Origin: Bacilli bacterium
GTDB taxonomy: Bacteria > Bacillota_I > Bacilli_A > RF39 > UBA660
Length of the DNA stretch: 64,000 bases
Direction of reading: 5' to 3'
Assembly: GCA_017450205.1 (NCBI GenBank)
Contig: JAFSVF010000028.1
Span: forward strand, 1,588 to 65,587
The stretch's first letter is position 1. Each line of letters opens with the position of its first letter. Made by a program: the position numbers and the translations under genes. Under the pieces are notes generated by a model. That model saw only the letters and a list, made by a program, of their open reading frames with translations, was not told the origin of the DNA and searched no databases. Positions 63,230 to 64,000 of this stretch are shown here, piece after piece.

Positions 63230-64000
63230 TTATTTATCCTTTTGATAAACAACTGAATAATGTGTAAAATCTAGCTTTTTAATAAATTCTTCCATTTCTT
63301 TAAAAGAAATATCATCTAAATCCTCTATAGTTAAAAACTTTAATTCATTATTAAAGAAATAATTATAAGCAAATTGTGTTGCTAAAAAATGAGAACTATC
63401 TAAATTAATAAGTCTAGATATATATTTTTTCTTTTTATAAATTTCTTGTTTTATTTTACTTGGCATTTCACGTTTTTCTAATTGCTCAAATACCATAGAA
63501 ACAAATTTTCACACTCATTAGTTGGAACGTTAAATGTTAATATTCCAAATGCATCATCATATGGTTGTGTAGAATTGGAAGTATATACTTGATATGGACT
63601 TATTCTTTCTTTAAATATTCTAGTTCCAAATTCAGATTCACTATTAAAATTATAAGCTAAATACCATCCCAAATAAGTTTCCAATCTAGAAAGTTCTTTT
63701 TTAGTAAAACTAGAAATATCATATTTAATGTTAATAGATACAACTGACATATCATTAGGTTTAACATATTCAACATATTTATTCTTAACATCTAATGTAT
63801 CAACAAACTCTTTAGTTTTATGTTTCTTATAAGTTCTATTATAACTATTAAAACAATTATTAATTACTTCTAACACTTTCTTTTCATCAAAGTTTCCATA
63901 AACAATAATTATTTCATTATCTGGTTGATAAAAAGTATCATAAATAAGTTTTAAATCATCATAAGAAAAATCTTTAACGCTTTCTACAGTACCTAACCCA
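63230..64000 (-). pseudogene. M16 (insulinase/pitrilysin)-family peptidase-like gene, C-terminal part, interrupted by a frameshift
   Basis: My own translation shows the upstream frame is open from the window edge: GLGTVESVKDFSYDDLKLIYDTFYQPDNEIIIVYGNFDEKKVLEVINN..., which is typical M16 middle-domain sequence. That frame ends at TAG 63478-63480. The reading continues in another frame (open from 63508) to 63230. The two frames overlap only at 63481-63508, which contains AAATTTT. Confidence 0.5.

Noticed and set aside
1-64000. I searched for CRISPR arrays, IS elements or transposases, integrases, restriction-modification genes and other recognisable defence genes.
   Set aside because: I found no repeat-spacer periodicity in any intergenic region; the longest is about 285 bp and is the T-box. 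No ORF has transposase, integrase, methyltransferase or nuclease motifs that I recognise. The window is a compact core-genome region with small accessory insertions.

Overview
This is a very AT-rich chromosomal segment that uses the standard genetic code. TGA acts as a stop: stp ends in an ATGA overlap with the prkC start. Gene content and local synteny point to a low-GC Bacillota-type bacterium (Bacilli/Erysipelotrichia-like), but I cannot name the taxon by eye.

I call 60 protein-coding loci, 54 of them on the minus strand, plus one tRNA-Leu(CAA) and one T-box leader. I recognised no rRNA, CRISPR array, transposase, integrase or obvious prophage.

The housekeeping backbone is: mtnN, scpA/scpB, tmcAL, valS (behind a T-box and an HD-domain gene), the conserved rlmN-stp-prkC-rsgA-rpe block, ffh, dnaE, rpmB (58 codons, missing from the supplied ORF track), gltX, trpS, a NifS-type cysteine desulfurase, ezrA, mutM, polA, yvcK and cdd.

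The most interesting accessory content is:
1. A single polypeptide made of two complete RelP/RelQ-type small alarmone synthetase modules (14765-16126).
2. A divergent TetR locus joining an HxxxDG acyltransferase and a zinc-ribbon membrane protein to an MMPL transporter and a secreted heptad-repeat protein, with repeated operator-like sequences between them (17876-24206).
3. An adjacent dockerin/cohesin gene pair. It would tether an SH3b-GH73 peptidoglycan glucosaminidase to a membrane-anchored scaffold, and sits next to a protein-kinase-like orphan and yvcK (54443-59996).
4. A FIST-domain gene coupled to an aldehyde dehydrogenase gene (60494-63114).
5. A frameshifted M16-peptidase-like gene at the right edge.

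Several track ORFs begin at GTG/TTG codons that lie inside the ribosome-binding site or promoter of the real gene. For those I give the downstream ATG (GTG for the FIST gene) that has a proper Shine-Dalgarno sequence. All domain calls come from reading motifs by eye; no database search was possible.
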